NCBI GenBank assembly: GCA_034411955.1
Contig: DAOUMF010000149.1
Location: 1 to 39,839, forward strand
Reading direction: 5' to 3'
DNA from: Dehalococcoidia bacterium
Lineage (GTDB): Bacteria > Chloroflexota > Dehalococcoidia > SM23-28-2 > RBG-16-64-32
Length of the DNA stretch: 39,839 nucleotides
Every line of letters starts with the position of its first letter. The first letter of the stretch is position 1. The notes under the pieces were generated by a model, which worked only from the letters and a program-made list of their open reading frames with translations, did not search any database and was not told the origin of the DNA. Position numbers and translations under genes: made by a program. This document shows positions 9,175 to 17,670 of this stretch, piece after piece.

Positions 9175-9263
9175 CGTCTGGTCTATCGAAGACAATCAAG
9201 GCAACCCTTGGCGCGGGTTCTGATGAGCAGCGACATTACTTGTAGCTATCCGGGGAGGTCTAG

Positions 9264-10325
9264 ATGTCCCTGAGAGTTACCGTCGTCGGCGTAGGCATGG
9301 TCGGCGAGGAGATCGTTTCTATCCTGCGAGAACGCGGCTTCCCGATGGAATGGCCCCCGCGGATCTGCGCCACGAGGGCGCGCAGCGAGACGCTTGCCGG
9401 TGAAGGCTTTCAGGTTGAGGAAACCAGCGATCAGTCTTTCGACGATGCGGACGTTGTCTTCTTCGCGGGAAAGGAAGGAGCCAAGGGGGCAAGCGTCCAG
9501 TGGGGCAAAAAGGCGGTCGATGCTGGTGCCGTCTGCGTTGACAACGGGGGCGACTTCCGTCTCGACCCCGCGGTGCCGCTAATCGTCCCCGAAGTGAACC
9601 TCGACGCGGCGACGCCCGAGACGCGCTTCATCGCCAGCCCCAACTGCTCAACGATCCAGATGGTGTTGGTCCTTCATCCCCTCCACCAAGCCGCGAGAAT
9701 CCGCAGGGTCGTCGTATCCACCTATCAGAGCGTATCGGGATGGGGTGTGAAGGCGCAGCAGGAGCTACTGGATCAAACCCCGCATGCCCTCAACTCCCTG
9801 GATAGTGTTCCCTTCGATCCGAGGGTGCTGGCCCGGCCGATAGCGTTCAACCTCTTCCCGCACATCGACAAGTTCACTGAGGACGGCTACACCAAGGAAG
9901 AGATCAAGATGGTGCTGGAGACCCAGAAGATCATGGGGGATGACACCATCAGGATAAGTCCTACCACCGTGCGGGTGCCGGTCTTGGTGGGGCATGGCGA
10001 GAGCGTCAATATCGAGACGGAAAAACACCTGAGCCCTGATGAGGCCCGGCAGATCCTATCGGCGACGCCGGGGATCGTCGTCATCGATGACCCCAACGAC
10101 GGCAACCCCCGAAATGACCCGCACGAGCGCACCTACCCCGTGCCCCTCGACGTGCGAAAACCCGAGTATCGGGACATGGTGCTGGTGGGGCGAATCCGGC
10201 AAGACCAGACCATCGAAAACGGGCTCAACCTGTGGTGCGTGGCAGACAACCTGCGAAAGGGCGCTGCCCTCAACGTGATTCAGATTGCCGAGGGGCTCGT
10301 CGAGCGAGGGAGCCTGAATCCGTAG
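9264..10325 (+). CDS. asd: Aspartate-semialdehyde dehydrogenase
   Basis: 353 aa with the active-site region ..FIASPNCSTIQMVLVLHPL.. GGGGAGG RBS precedes ATG 9264. Confidence 0.9.
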   Translation: MSLRVTVVGVGMVGEEIVSILRERGFPMEWPPRICATRARSETLAGEGFQVEETSDQSFDDADVVFFAGKEGAKGASVQWGKKAVDAGAVCVDNGGDFRLDPAVPLIVPEVNLDAATPETRFIASPNCSTIQMVLVLHPLHQAARIRRVVVSTYQSVSGWGVKAQQELLDQTPHALNSLDSVPFDPRVLARPIAFNLFPHIDKFTEDGYTKEEIKMVLETQKIMGDDTIRISPTTVRVPVLVGHGESVNIETEKHLSPDEARQILSATPGIVVIDDPNDGNPRNDPHERTYPVPLDVRKPEYRDMVLVGRIRQDQTIENGLNLWCVADNLRKGAALNVIQIAEGLVERGSLNP

Positions 10326-10393
10326 GACCGTCCAACGGCGAGACGGGGCGCTCGCCTGCCTCCAGGCGGCGAACCGGAGGGACTGGGGCGCAG

Positions 10394-11128
10394 TTGAGCA
10401 CAGCGGCCGACGCCTGGAAGAGCGAAGAGCTGGTTCGCACCTTCCTCGACGGTATTCGGGGTGGTATTCCCCTTGCCGGAGAGCAGATCGACGTCATGAT
10501 CCGGCTCGTCGAGGCAAGCGGGTCGCCCGTCCAGAGCTTCGCCGACCTGGGCTGCGGCAACGGCGTCCTCTCGCTCGCGATTCTGGAGCGGTACCCCAGC
10601 GCCGCCGCAACCCTGGTCGACCTCTCTGACCCCATGATCGAAGCTGCTCGCGATCACCTGAAACGCTACGCCTCGAACTGCCGATTCGTGACAGCGGACC
10701 TCTCCCACGCTGAGTGGATGAGCATGGTGGCGGACCGAGCCCCTTTCGATCTCGTCCTCTCTGGCTATGCCATCCACCACCTGCCAGACCAGCGGAAGCG
10801 CGAGCTGTATGCGGAGGTATTTGGGCTCCTAAGACCGGGCGCGCTGTTCCTCAACACGGACCACGTGAAGTCCGTCACGCCCTGGATCGAGGGCATCTTC
10901 GATGACCTCCTGATCGACTCCGTGCACGGCCACCATTCGCGGCTTGGGTCAGGCAAGACCCGCGAGGAAGTGGCGAAGGAATACGTCCACAGGCCGGACA
11001 GAGCGGCCGACATGCTGGCTCCTGTCGAAGTTCAGTGTGAGTGGCTTCGTCGCTGTGGCTTCGAAGACGTCGACTGCTACTTCAAGATACTCGAGCTGGC
11101 CATGTTCGGGGGACGCCGACCCAGGTGA
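10394..11128 (+). CDS. Class I SAM-dependent methyltransferase
   Basis: Motif I FADLGCGNGVLS, then ..DLVLSGYAIHHL.. The start is uncertain: TTG 10394 is the first candidate after the asd stop, and the ORF track start 10232 overlaps asd. Confidence 0.65.
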   Translation: MSTAADAWKSEELVRTFLDGIRGGIPLAGEQIDVMIRLVEASGSPVQSFADLGCGNGVLSLAILERYPSAAATLVDLSDPMIEAARDHLKRYASNCRFVTADLSHAEWMSMVADRAPFDLVLSGYAIHHLPDQRKRELYAEVFGLLRPGALFLNTDHVKSVTPWIEGIFDDLLIDSVHGHHSRLGSGKTREEVAKEYVHRPDRAADMLAPVEVQCEWLRRCGFEDVDCYFKILELAMFGGRRPR

Positions 11129-11976
11129 ACGAAATCCTCGAGGACTTGTCCGATGCGGCGCTGCTCGTCGCGATTGAGGACAACCTCTCCGATCAGTTCG
11201 CGATATTGGCCCGCCACATCCCGCAGGCGACGTGGCGCGACGACGGGGAGGCGAAGATTCTTATCACTGGCATCCCTTCTCCGGTGTTCAACGGAGTATT
11301 CCGAGCGCAACTGGATGCCGAGCGGCTAGATGCACGGATAGAGGATGTGATGGCCGTCTTCCGCGCGATCGCAGCGCCGATGTACTGGTGGACCGGCCCG
11401 GCCTCGCGGCCCCCCGACCTCGGGAAGCACCTGCAAGCACACGGGCTCCAGCACGAGTACGACTTTCCGGGAATGGCCATAGATCTGCTCACCCTCGGCG
11501 ATCCCGAACCGCCCGCTGGCCTCACCATCGAGCGCCTCGGCAGCGCCCGATCGCTCACGACATGGTGTGATGTGCTGACCACGGGCTTCGCGATGCCCAG
11601 CTTGGTCGGCGACGCTTTCCTGGATGCCTTTGTCCGAAGCGGCCTGGGTGAGGACCTGCCGTGGCGGTGGTACCTGGGGCTCCTGGAAGGTGAGCCGGTG
11701 GCGACATCGTCCCTGGTGCTCGGCGCGGGGGTTGCGGGCGTCTACTACGTGGCGACGCTGCCGGAGGCGCGGCGACGAGGGATCGGTACGGCCATGTCAC
11801 TGAGGCCCCTGCTCGACGCGCGGCAAATGGGGTACCGGGCCGGTGTCCTCCGCTCGTCAGAGATGGGAGTGAGCGTCTACCGCGCTCTCGGCTTCCGGGA
11901 GTACTGCAAGATCGGCCGCTACGTGTGGACCGGCGAGGGACGGTCTCAGGCGCTCGCCGCGCAGGGCCACACGTAG
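11125..11976 (+). CDS. GNAT-family N-acetyltransferase
   Basis: C-terminal acetyl-CoA motif ..VATLPEARRRGIGTAM..YRALGFREY. GTG 11125 overlaps the upstream stop (GTGA), suggesting translational coupling. Confidence 0.75.
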   Translation: MNEILEDLSDAALLVAIEDNLSDQFAILARHIPQATWRDDGEAKILITGIPSPVFNGVFRAQLDAERLDARIEDVMAVFRAIAAPMYWWTGPASRPPDLGKHLQAHGLQHEYDFPGMAIDLLTLGDPEPPAGLTIERLGSARSLTTWCDVLTTGFAMPSLVGDAFLDAFVRSGLGEDLPWRWYLGLLEGEPVATSSLVLGAGVAGVYYVATLPEARRRGIGTAMSLRPLLDARQMGYRAGVLRSSEMGVSVYRALGFREYCKIGRYVWTGEGRSQALAAQGHT

Positions 11977-12197
11977 ATGTGGCGGGCGATATCGAAGTCC
12001 AGTGCAACTTCGGTCTCGCCCACGCGCACCACCGCCGCCAGCCTGTTCTGGAGTATGTGCAGAGCGACGCCGGGGACGATCCCCAGGCTGCTGAGCTGCT
12101 CCAGGCGACGCCTGTCGTCGGTGCTGACGTAGGCTACATGCCCCTCTTGCCCCGTTCGCAGGCTACTGAGGGGCAGAGCCTTCTTCCGGTCAGACAT
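11946..12197 (-). CDS. feoA: FeoA-family protein
   Basis: MSDRKKALPLSSLRTGQEGHVAYV...LGIVPGVALHILQN... is FeoA-like (SH3-like domain). ATG 12197 has GAGGTGGA upstream. Confidence 0.8.
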   Translation of the reverse strand: MSDRKKALPLSSLRTGQEGHVAYVSTDDRRRLEQLSSLGIVPGVALHILQNRLAAVVRVGETEVALDFDIARHIYVWPCAASA

Positions 12198-12405
12198 CGG
12201 CGTCCACCTCGCGCGGCCGCGAGTGCCCTCCCACCATATCGCGCGCCTTCCGCGCCAGGCGAAGGAGCGTGCTGCGCGACTCGTCCGGTGCGCCGTAGCC
12301 GCAGCGGGGGCAGCAGACAACGGAGCAACTGGCACCAAGGGGGCAGGCCGGGTTGCAGTTGGCGTCCTGCTCGCTGAACTCGTGGCCGCACAGTCCGCAC
12401 TTCAT
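12190..12405 (-). CDS. Small cysteine-rich (9 Cys) protein between feoB and feoA
   Basis: MKCGLCGHEFSEQDANCNPACPLGASCSVVCCPRCGYG... The ORF nearly abuts the feoB stop codon (12412-12410), starting 4 nt after it from ATG 12405 or overlapping it if the alternative TTG start at 12420 is used, and overlaps the feoA start by 8 nt, suggesting a coupled operon. Confidence 0.55.
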   Translation of the reverse strand: MKCGLCGHEFSEQDANCNPACPLGASCSVVCCPRCGYGAPDESRSTLLRLARKARDMVGGHSRPREVDADV

Positions 12406-12409
12406 TTCG

Positions 12410-14377
12410 CTACAGTCCAATGTCCAGCGCCCGCACCGTCACGTTCACGGCGCCGCCGACGAGAAACGCCACCGGCAGGATAAAGGCGCTGACCGCCACC
12501 GCCGTGCGCGAGCCGAACTCCTTGACGATCATCAGGAAATTCGCGAAGCAGGGCATGAACAGCGTGATCACCACCAGGCTCACCAGGGCCTGCAGGGCAT
12601 TGAGCTGGCCGTCTCGCGTCATGTCAAACAGGCCCGCGGCGCCGTAGTCGCGCCGCAGGAACCCCATGATGAACACCCGGGCGGATTCGCCGGGCAGGCC
12701 CAGTAGGCCCTCCACCAGTGGCGACATCGCGACCTCGATGTCGCCCAGCGCTCCCACCCGGTCCAGCACGAACAGGAAGGCGGTGCCGATGATGAACAGG
12801 GGCAGCACCTCCTTGACGTACCACTCCATGCGGGTCACCGTCTTCACCAGCACGTTCGACAGTCGCGGCAGGCGGAGAGGGGGCAACTCCTGGATGAAGT
12901 CGGAGCCCCGGCCGGGCAGTACCCGCGATGCCAGATAGCCGACAACGAACAGCGTCGCGACCACGACCCCGCCCCAGATCAGCACCGCCGTGGCGCTCAG
13001 GCCGCCCATGATCCCGGCGATCACCCCGAGCTGCGCCGAGCAGGGTACGGCCAGCGCCAGCAGGAGCGTCACCTGGAGCCGCTCCTGTCGGGTGTCCAGG
13101 CTGCGCGTCGTCATCGTCGCCATCGTGTCGCAGCCGAGCCCCAACACCATCGGCACCACGGCCTTGCCGTTGAGGCCCATGAGTTTGAAGGGCCGGTTAA
13201 TCATCACCGCCAGGCGCGGCAGGTACCCGGAGTCCTCCAGCAGGCTGAAGGCCAGGAAAAAGGTGCCCACGATGGGCAGGATGATGGCCAGGCCGTAGGA
13301 GAGGGCCATTGTGACCAGGCCGAACTCCCCAACGAAGAAATCCCTGATGATGCTGGCCGGAATCCAGGCGACAGCGTCTGTCACCCAGCCATTGATGTAC
13401 TCCCCGAAGACCACTCCCTCCAGGAAATCGACCAGCGTGCCCGCGCCGAACTGCCCCACGAACCGGTACATGAGGTACAGCACGGCCAGGACCACGGGCA
13501 GCCCCCATACCGGGTGGATGGTGAGGCGGCCAAGCAGGGCGGCCAGCGGCTCTCGCGTGACCGCCCGACCCGAGGAGACCTGGCCGGTGACCCGGCGCAC
13601 CGCCTCCTGCCGCTGGCGCATGATCACGTACCCCAGGGGCTCCCTGTAGCGCGCCTCCAGCCTCTCCCGGATAGTAGCCACCCGCACAGCCAGCGTCGGC
13701 GACGCGGCCTCGACAGCAGCCTCGTGGCCCGCCAGGAGCATCAGCGCCAGCCAGCGGGGGGCGTTCGCGCCTGGGGGAAGGAGGGCCGTCACCTGCCCGA
13801 TCGCCTCCTCGACCTCATCCTCAAGGGTGGCGACGAACCGCGATGGAGGGGAGGGCCGTTCCACGACGTTGCGCAGCTCATCGATGCCTACGGAGCGCGT
13901 AGCGACAGTGCGTACTACCTCCGCCCCCAGGGTCTCCGAGAGGCGTTCGGCGTCGATGCGGATGCCGAGGGCCTGGGCCTCATCGTCCATGTTCAGAGTG
14001 AGCACGAACGGGACCTCCATCTCGGCCAACTGCGTCGCCAGGATGAGCGCCCGCTGAAGGTTCTTCGCGTCGGCTACCAGGACGACGGTCGCGGCTTCTT
14101 CGTGCAGGAGGATGCTGCGGGTGACCCGCTCACACTCGCCGGGGTTCAGCAGGTTGTTCACACCGGGCGTGTCGACGACGGGGCGCTGGTGGCCGTTGAT
14201 ACTGGCCACCCCGCGGGCAACCTCGACGGTGGTGCCCGGGTAGTTCGAGACGGTTACGTAGCGGCGGGTTAGGAGGCCGAAAAGGACGGACTTGCCGACG
14301 TTCGGGTTCCCCACAAGGACGACAGGATCCCCATCGTGCGATGCCGGGGCGGCCTCCTTCTTATCGTGGCAGTGCAT
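12410..14377 (-). CDS. feoB: Ferrous iron transporter FeoB
   Basis: 655 aa. N-terminal G-domain VVLVGNPNVGKSVLFGLLT..., followed by a polytopic membrane domain. Confidence 0.92.
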   Translation of the reverse strand: MHCHDKKEAAPASHDGDPVVLVGNPNVGKSVLFGLLTRRYVTVSNYPGTTVEVARGVASINGHQRPVVDTPGVNNLLNPGECERVTRSILLHEEAATVVLVADAKNLQRALILATQLAEMEVPFVLTLNMDDEAQALGIRIDAERLSETLGAEVVRTVATRSVGIDELRNVVERPSPPSRFVATLEDEVEEAIGQVTALLPPGANAPRWLALMLLAGHEAAVEAASPTLAVRVATIRERLEARYREPLGYVIMRQRQEAVRRVTGQVSSGRAVTREPLAALLGRLTIHPVWGLPVVLAVLYLMYRFVGQFGAGTLVDFLEGVVFGEYINGWVTDAVAWIPASIIRDFFVGEFGLVTMALSYGLAIILPIVGTFFLAFSLLEDSGYLPRLAVMINRPFKLMGLNGKAVVPMVLGLGCDTMATMTTRSLDTRQERLQVTLLLALAVPCSAQLGVIAGIMGGLSATAVLIWGGVVVATLFVVGYLASRVLPGRGSDFIQELPPLRLPRLSNVLVKTVTRMEWYVKEVLPLFIIGTAFLFVLDRVGALGDIEVAMSPLVEGLLGLPGESARVFIMGFLRRDYGAAGLFDMTRDGQLNALQALVSLVVITLFMPCFANFLMIVKEFGSRTAVAVSAFILPVAFLVGGAVNVTVRALDIGL

Positions 14378-14414
14378 CTATTAGGGTCAACGACGTGATT
14401 GTGTCTGCCTTCAC

Positions 14415-14443
14415 ATATTATTATGCTTAGCACCGACTGTCAA
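14415..14443 (-). promoter_or_regulatory. Sigma70-like promoter for the feo operon (-35 TTGACA, 17-nt spacer, -10 TAATAT) inside an AT-rich patch
   Basis: Read on the minus strand: TTGACA (14443-14438) and TAATAT (14420-14415). The -10 region is ATAATAATAT, loosely Fur-hexamer-like. Confidence 0.4.
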
Positions 14444-14625
14444 CACCCTGGCGGTGGGAAAGGTGAAATGTGGCACAATTGTGGACACGGCGACGGCCAG
14501 TTCCGGCCTCTGCGGCGGCGGTCTCGCCCACCATCGCCCCCACGTCACACGTTGGCCGTTCCCGTGCCCTGGATGGTACAATCCTGCCACTGAGCCCTAG
14601 TCTGCCTCGCCCAGGAGGTTCCTCC

Positions 14626-15981
14626 ATGGACATCGAAGCTGCCACTGAACTGCTGCGTCGCCATGACGTGCGGACCGTCCGCATCGGCGGCGCCGACCTG
14701 GACGGCGTCTACCGCGGCAAGCGGGTCAGCGCCGACCACTTCCTGGCCGCCGCCGAGGAGGGCTTCCCCCAGTGCGACGTCCTCTTCGGCTGGGACATCC
14801 AGGACGAGGTCATCGGCTCCCTCCCCTTCTCCAACTGGGAGATCGGCTTCGCTGACGTCGTCATGCGCCCCGACCTCTCTACCCTGGCCGTCGTCCCCTG
14901 GGAGGAGGACAGCGCCGCCGTCGTCTGCGACTTCTGCACCGAGGCCGGCGACCCGCTCGCCTTCTCCCCCCGCTTTGTCCTCCAGCGCGCCGTCCAGCGC
15001 GCCCTGGACGCCGGTTTTCGCTCCATCATGGCCGCCGAGCTCGAGGTGCGCTTCTTCCACGAGGACCAGGAGAGCCTGCGCGCCAAGGACTTCTCCGGCC
15101 TGCGACCCCTCAACCCTGGCCTCAACTGCTACAGCATCCACCACGCCTCCATCGATGAGCCCGTGATCGGCCGCGTCCGCCAGTGCATGAACGACTACGG
15201 CATCCCCGTCGACGCCTACAACCGCGAGCACGGCGCCGGCATGTACGAGATCAACCTCCGCCACGCGGACGCCGTACGCGCCGCCGACCAGACGATGCTC
15301 TACAAGAGCGGTTGTAAGGAGATCGCCGCCCAGATGGGCGCCCTGCCCACCTTCATGGCCAAGCTCGCCGACGATGTTGACGGCTGCGGCGGCCACATCC
15401 ACCAGAGCCTCTGGAGCGCCGATGGCTCCCAGAGCGTCTTCTGGGACGAAGGCGGCGATCACCACCTCTCAAACACGCTGAAGCACTACCTGGCGGGGCT
15501 GCTGGCGACCATCCCAGAGTTCATGCTCATGTACGCCCCCAACGTCAACTCCTACAAGCGCTTCGTCCCCTGGACGTGGGTTCCCGTCAACCTCACCTGG
15601 GCTCTGGACAACCGGACGACCGCCGTGCGCGTCATCGCCTCCAGCCCCACCGCCATCCGTATGGAGAACCGCGTGCCGGGGGCCGACCTCAACCCCTACC
15701 TCGCCTTCGCCGCCTCCCTGGCCGGAGGGCTGCACGGCATCGAGAAGGGACTGGAGCCGCCCCCGCCCACGAAGGGCAACGCCTACGAGTTCGCCGACGC
15801 GGAAGCGCCGCCGCTGTCCCTCCCCGAGGCCCTGGAGCGATTCCGCGCCAGTACGCTGGCACGCCAGTGGTTCGGCGAGGAGTTCGTCCAGCAGTACGCC
15901 GCCTTCCGCCAGTGGGAGGTCGACAAGCACCGCCTCGCCGTCACCGACTGGGAGCGCCGCCGCTACTTCGAGATGGTGTAG
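14626..15981 (+). CDS. Glutamine synthetase family protein (GlnA-like / gamma-glutamyl-amine synthetase-like)
   Basis: GS catalytic-domain similarity (..NREHGAGMYEINLRH.., ..NSYKRF.., ..ENRVPGADLNPYLA..). ATG 14626 has AGGAGG upstream. Confidence 0.85.
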   Translation: MDIEAATELLRRHDVRTVRIGGADLDGVYRGKRVSADHFLAAAEEGFPQCDVLFGWDIQDEVIGSLPFSNWEIGFADVVMRPDLSTLAVVPWEEDSAAVVCDFCTEAGDPLAFSPRFVLQRAVQRALDAGFRSIMAAELEVRFFHEDQESLRAKDFSGLRPLNPGLNCYSIHHASIDEPVIGRVRQCMNDYGIPVDAYNREHGAGMYEINLRHADAVRAADQTMLYKSGCKEIAAQMGALPTFMAKLADDVDGCGGHIHQSLWSADGSQSVFWDEGGDHHLSNTLKHYLAGLLATIPEFMLMYAPNVNSYKRFVPWTWVPVNLTWALDNRTTAVRVIASSPTAIRMENRVPGADLNPYLAFAASLAGGLHGIEKGLEPPPPTKGNAYEFADAEAPPLSLPEALERFRASTLARQWFGEEFVQQYAAFRQWEVDKHRLAVTDWERRRYFEMV

Positions 15982-16175
15982 GGGGTAGGCAATGGGCAGG
16001 AGGGAATGGACCGACGTTCTGTCATTCTGAGGAGCGAGGTCCGCCAGAGGCGGACGGAGCGACGAAGAATCTCGCTGTATGGGCGAGCGCCACGTCCGCT
16101 GGTACCGCGAGATTCCTCTCCGCTCGACCGCCCCGGTAGGACCTCCCGAAGTTGCCCGACACAGGAGATCAGGAG

Positions 16176-16517
16176 ATGGACAAGATAGACGAGATCGTCG
16201 AGGGGAGGAAGGTCGCGCACGACAGGCTAACGAAGGCTGGGTCGAAGGTGTACAAAGCCTTCCTCGCCATGGAGGAGGCCGCCTTCTCCGACGGGGCGCT
16301 GCCGAAGAAAGCCAAAGAACTGATCGCGGTTGGCATATCCGTGGTCATCAACTGCGAATCGTGCATGCAGTGGCACATCGAGCAGGCCGGCAAGGCCGAT
16401 GCCACGAAGGCCGAGATCCTGGAAGCGGTGGAGGTGGGAATCGAGATGGGAGGCGGCCCGGCAACAGTGTCCGCAAGATTCGCTCTAGAGGTGCTGGAGC
16501 GGGTGTTTCCTGAGTAG
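16176..16517 (+). CDS. Carboxymuconolactone decarboxylase (AhpD-like) family protein
   Basis: ..KELIAVGISVVINCESCMQWHIEQA.. carries the CxxC of the AhpD/CMD family. ATG 16176 has CAGGAG 8 nt upstream. Confidence 0.8.
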   Translation: MDKIDEIVEGRKVAHDRLTKAGSKVYKAFLAMEEAAFSDGALPKKAKELIAVGISVVINCESCMQWHIEQAGKADATKAEILEAVEVGIEMGGGPATVSARFALEVLERVFPE

Positions 16518-16554
16518 ACGAAGCCGCAACTCACAGATGGTGTAGGAGGTCCCG

Positions 16555-17319
16555 ATGCGCCTAGCCGACAAGACCGTACTCATCACCGGCGCCGGCAGCG
16601 GCATGGGCCGGCTCGCCTGCCAGGTCTTCGCCCGCGAGGGCGCCCGCATCGTGGCGCTCGACATAACTGAGCCCGCCCTGCGGGAGACCGCCGCCTCCGT
16701 GGAGTCGGAGGGCGGGAGCATCATCGCCGTCCCCGCCGACGTCAGCGTCGGCGCCGACGTGGAGCGCGCCGTCGCGGAGGGCGTGCGCGCCTTCGGCGGC
16801 CTCAACGTCCTTTACAACAACGCCGGCATCTTCCCCGACGACGACACCTCCGTCGTGGACACGGACGAGAGCGTGGTTCAGAGGGTGCTGGACGTGAACT
16901 TCAAGGGGGTCTTCCTGTGCTGCAAGTACGGCATCCCCCGCCTCATCGAGGCCGGCGGTGGCTCCGTCATCAACGTCGCCTCCTTCGTGGCCCTCATGGG
17001 CTGCACCGTCCCCCAGGACGCCTACACCGCCAGCAAGGGCGCCGTACTCTCCCTCACCCGCTCTCTAGCCGTCCAGTACGGCCGCCAGGGCGTCCGCGCC
17101 AACGCCATCTGCCCCGGGCCGATCATGACGCCCCTGCTTGAAGGGCTGTTTCCCAGCGAGGAGGAGCGCCTGAAGCGCCTTAACCGCATCCCTCTTGGCC
17201 GATTCGGCCGCGCTGAGGACGTGGTCTACGCGGCCCTCTACCTCGCCTCCGACGAGTCCTCCTGGACGACCGGCACCACCTTCGTCGTGGACGGCGGCAT
17301 CAACGTCAACTACTTCTGA
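16555..17319 (+). CDS. SDR-family oxidoreductase (FabG-like)
   Basis: TGAGSGMG cofactor motif, NNAG, and Y-x3-K (YTASKGAV). Confidence 0.88.
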   Translation: MRLADKTVLITGAGSGMGRLACQVFAREGARIVALDITEPALRETAASVESEGGSIIAVPADVSVGADVERAVAEGVRAFGGLNVLYNNAGIFPDDDTSVVDTDESVVQRVLDVNFKGVFLCCKYGIPRLIEAGGGSVINVASFVALMGCTVPQDAYTASKGAVLSLTRSLAVQYGRQGVRANAICPGPIMTPLLEGLFPSEEERLKRLNRIPLGRFGRAEDVVYAALYLASDESSWTTGTTFVVDGGINVNYF

Positions 17320-17432
17320 GTGCAGACCCGCTCACCCTGCGTGCCCGCCTCTGGCGGGAGCCCGAGCCGAAGGCGAGTCCGCCTCAGGCGTATGTCGAAG
17401 GGCGAGCGGCACAGCCTATATTCCCCTTCTCC

Positions 17433-17660
17433 TCAGTTGACGCGTCGGGCCGTGCCTAGGCTACCAGAACCAGTCGGCCTCGTTTTGCCGCTTTCCAGAT
17501 TCTGTGATCCGTTGGTGACTCTTCGGCCGTTCGGGAATAGGGAGAAGAACTCATCTCGGCTGGCTACCTTCTGCAAGTACCCACAGAACAGGCACCTGGC
17601 GACGTGAGCTGCGCTGAAGTATTCCAGGCTGTACCGGTCGCACTTCGGACACTTGTTCAT
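17433..17660 (-). CDS. Small Zn-ribbon protein, translationally coupled to the upstream kinase-deaminase gene
   Basis: MNKCPKCD-x15-CLFCGY (CxxC-x15-CxxC). ATG 17660 lies 10 nt after the upstream TGA (17673-17671), with GAGGAGGGAG spanning the gap. The C-terminal half is low-complexity, so the real end is uncertain. Confidence 0.55.
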   Translation of the reverse strand: MNKCPKCDRYSLEYFSAAHVARCLFCGYLQKVASRDEFFSLFPNGRRVTNGSQNLESGKTRPTGSGSLGTARRVN

Positions 17661-17670
17661 GGCTCCCTCC

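Noticed and set aside
9112-9263. Lysine riboswitch or other leader upstream of asd
   Set aside because: The region is too short and shows only one simple 9-bp hairpin. I recognised no conserved riboswitch elements, so it is listed only as a hairpin or possible terminator.
14378-14625. DtxR/IdeR box upstream of feoB (TTAGGGTCAACGACGTGAT)
   Set aside because: Only about 8 of 19 positions match the TTAGGTTAGGCTAACCTAA consensus and it has no dyad symmetry. I retained only the promoter and a vague Fur-like AT-rich patch.
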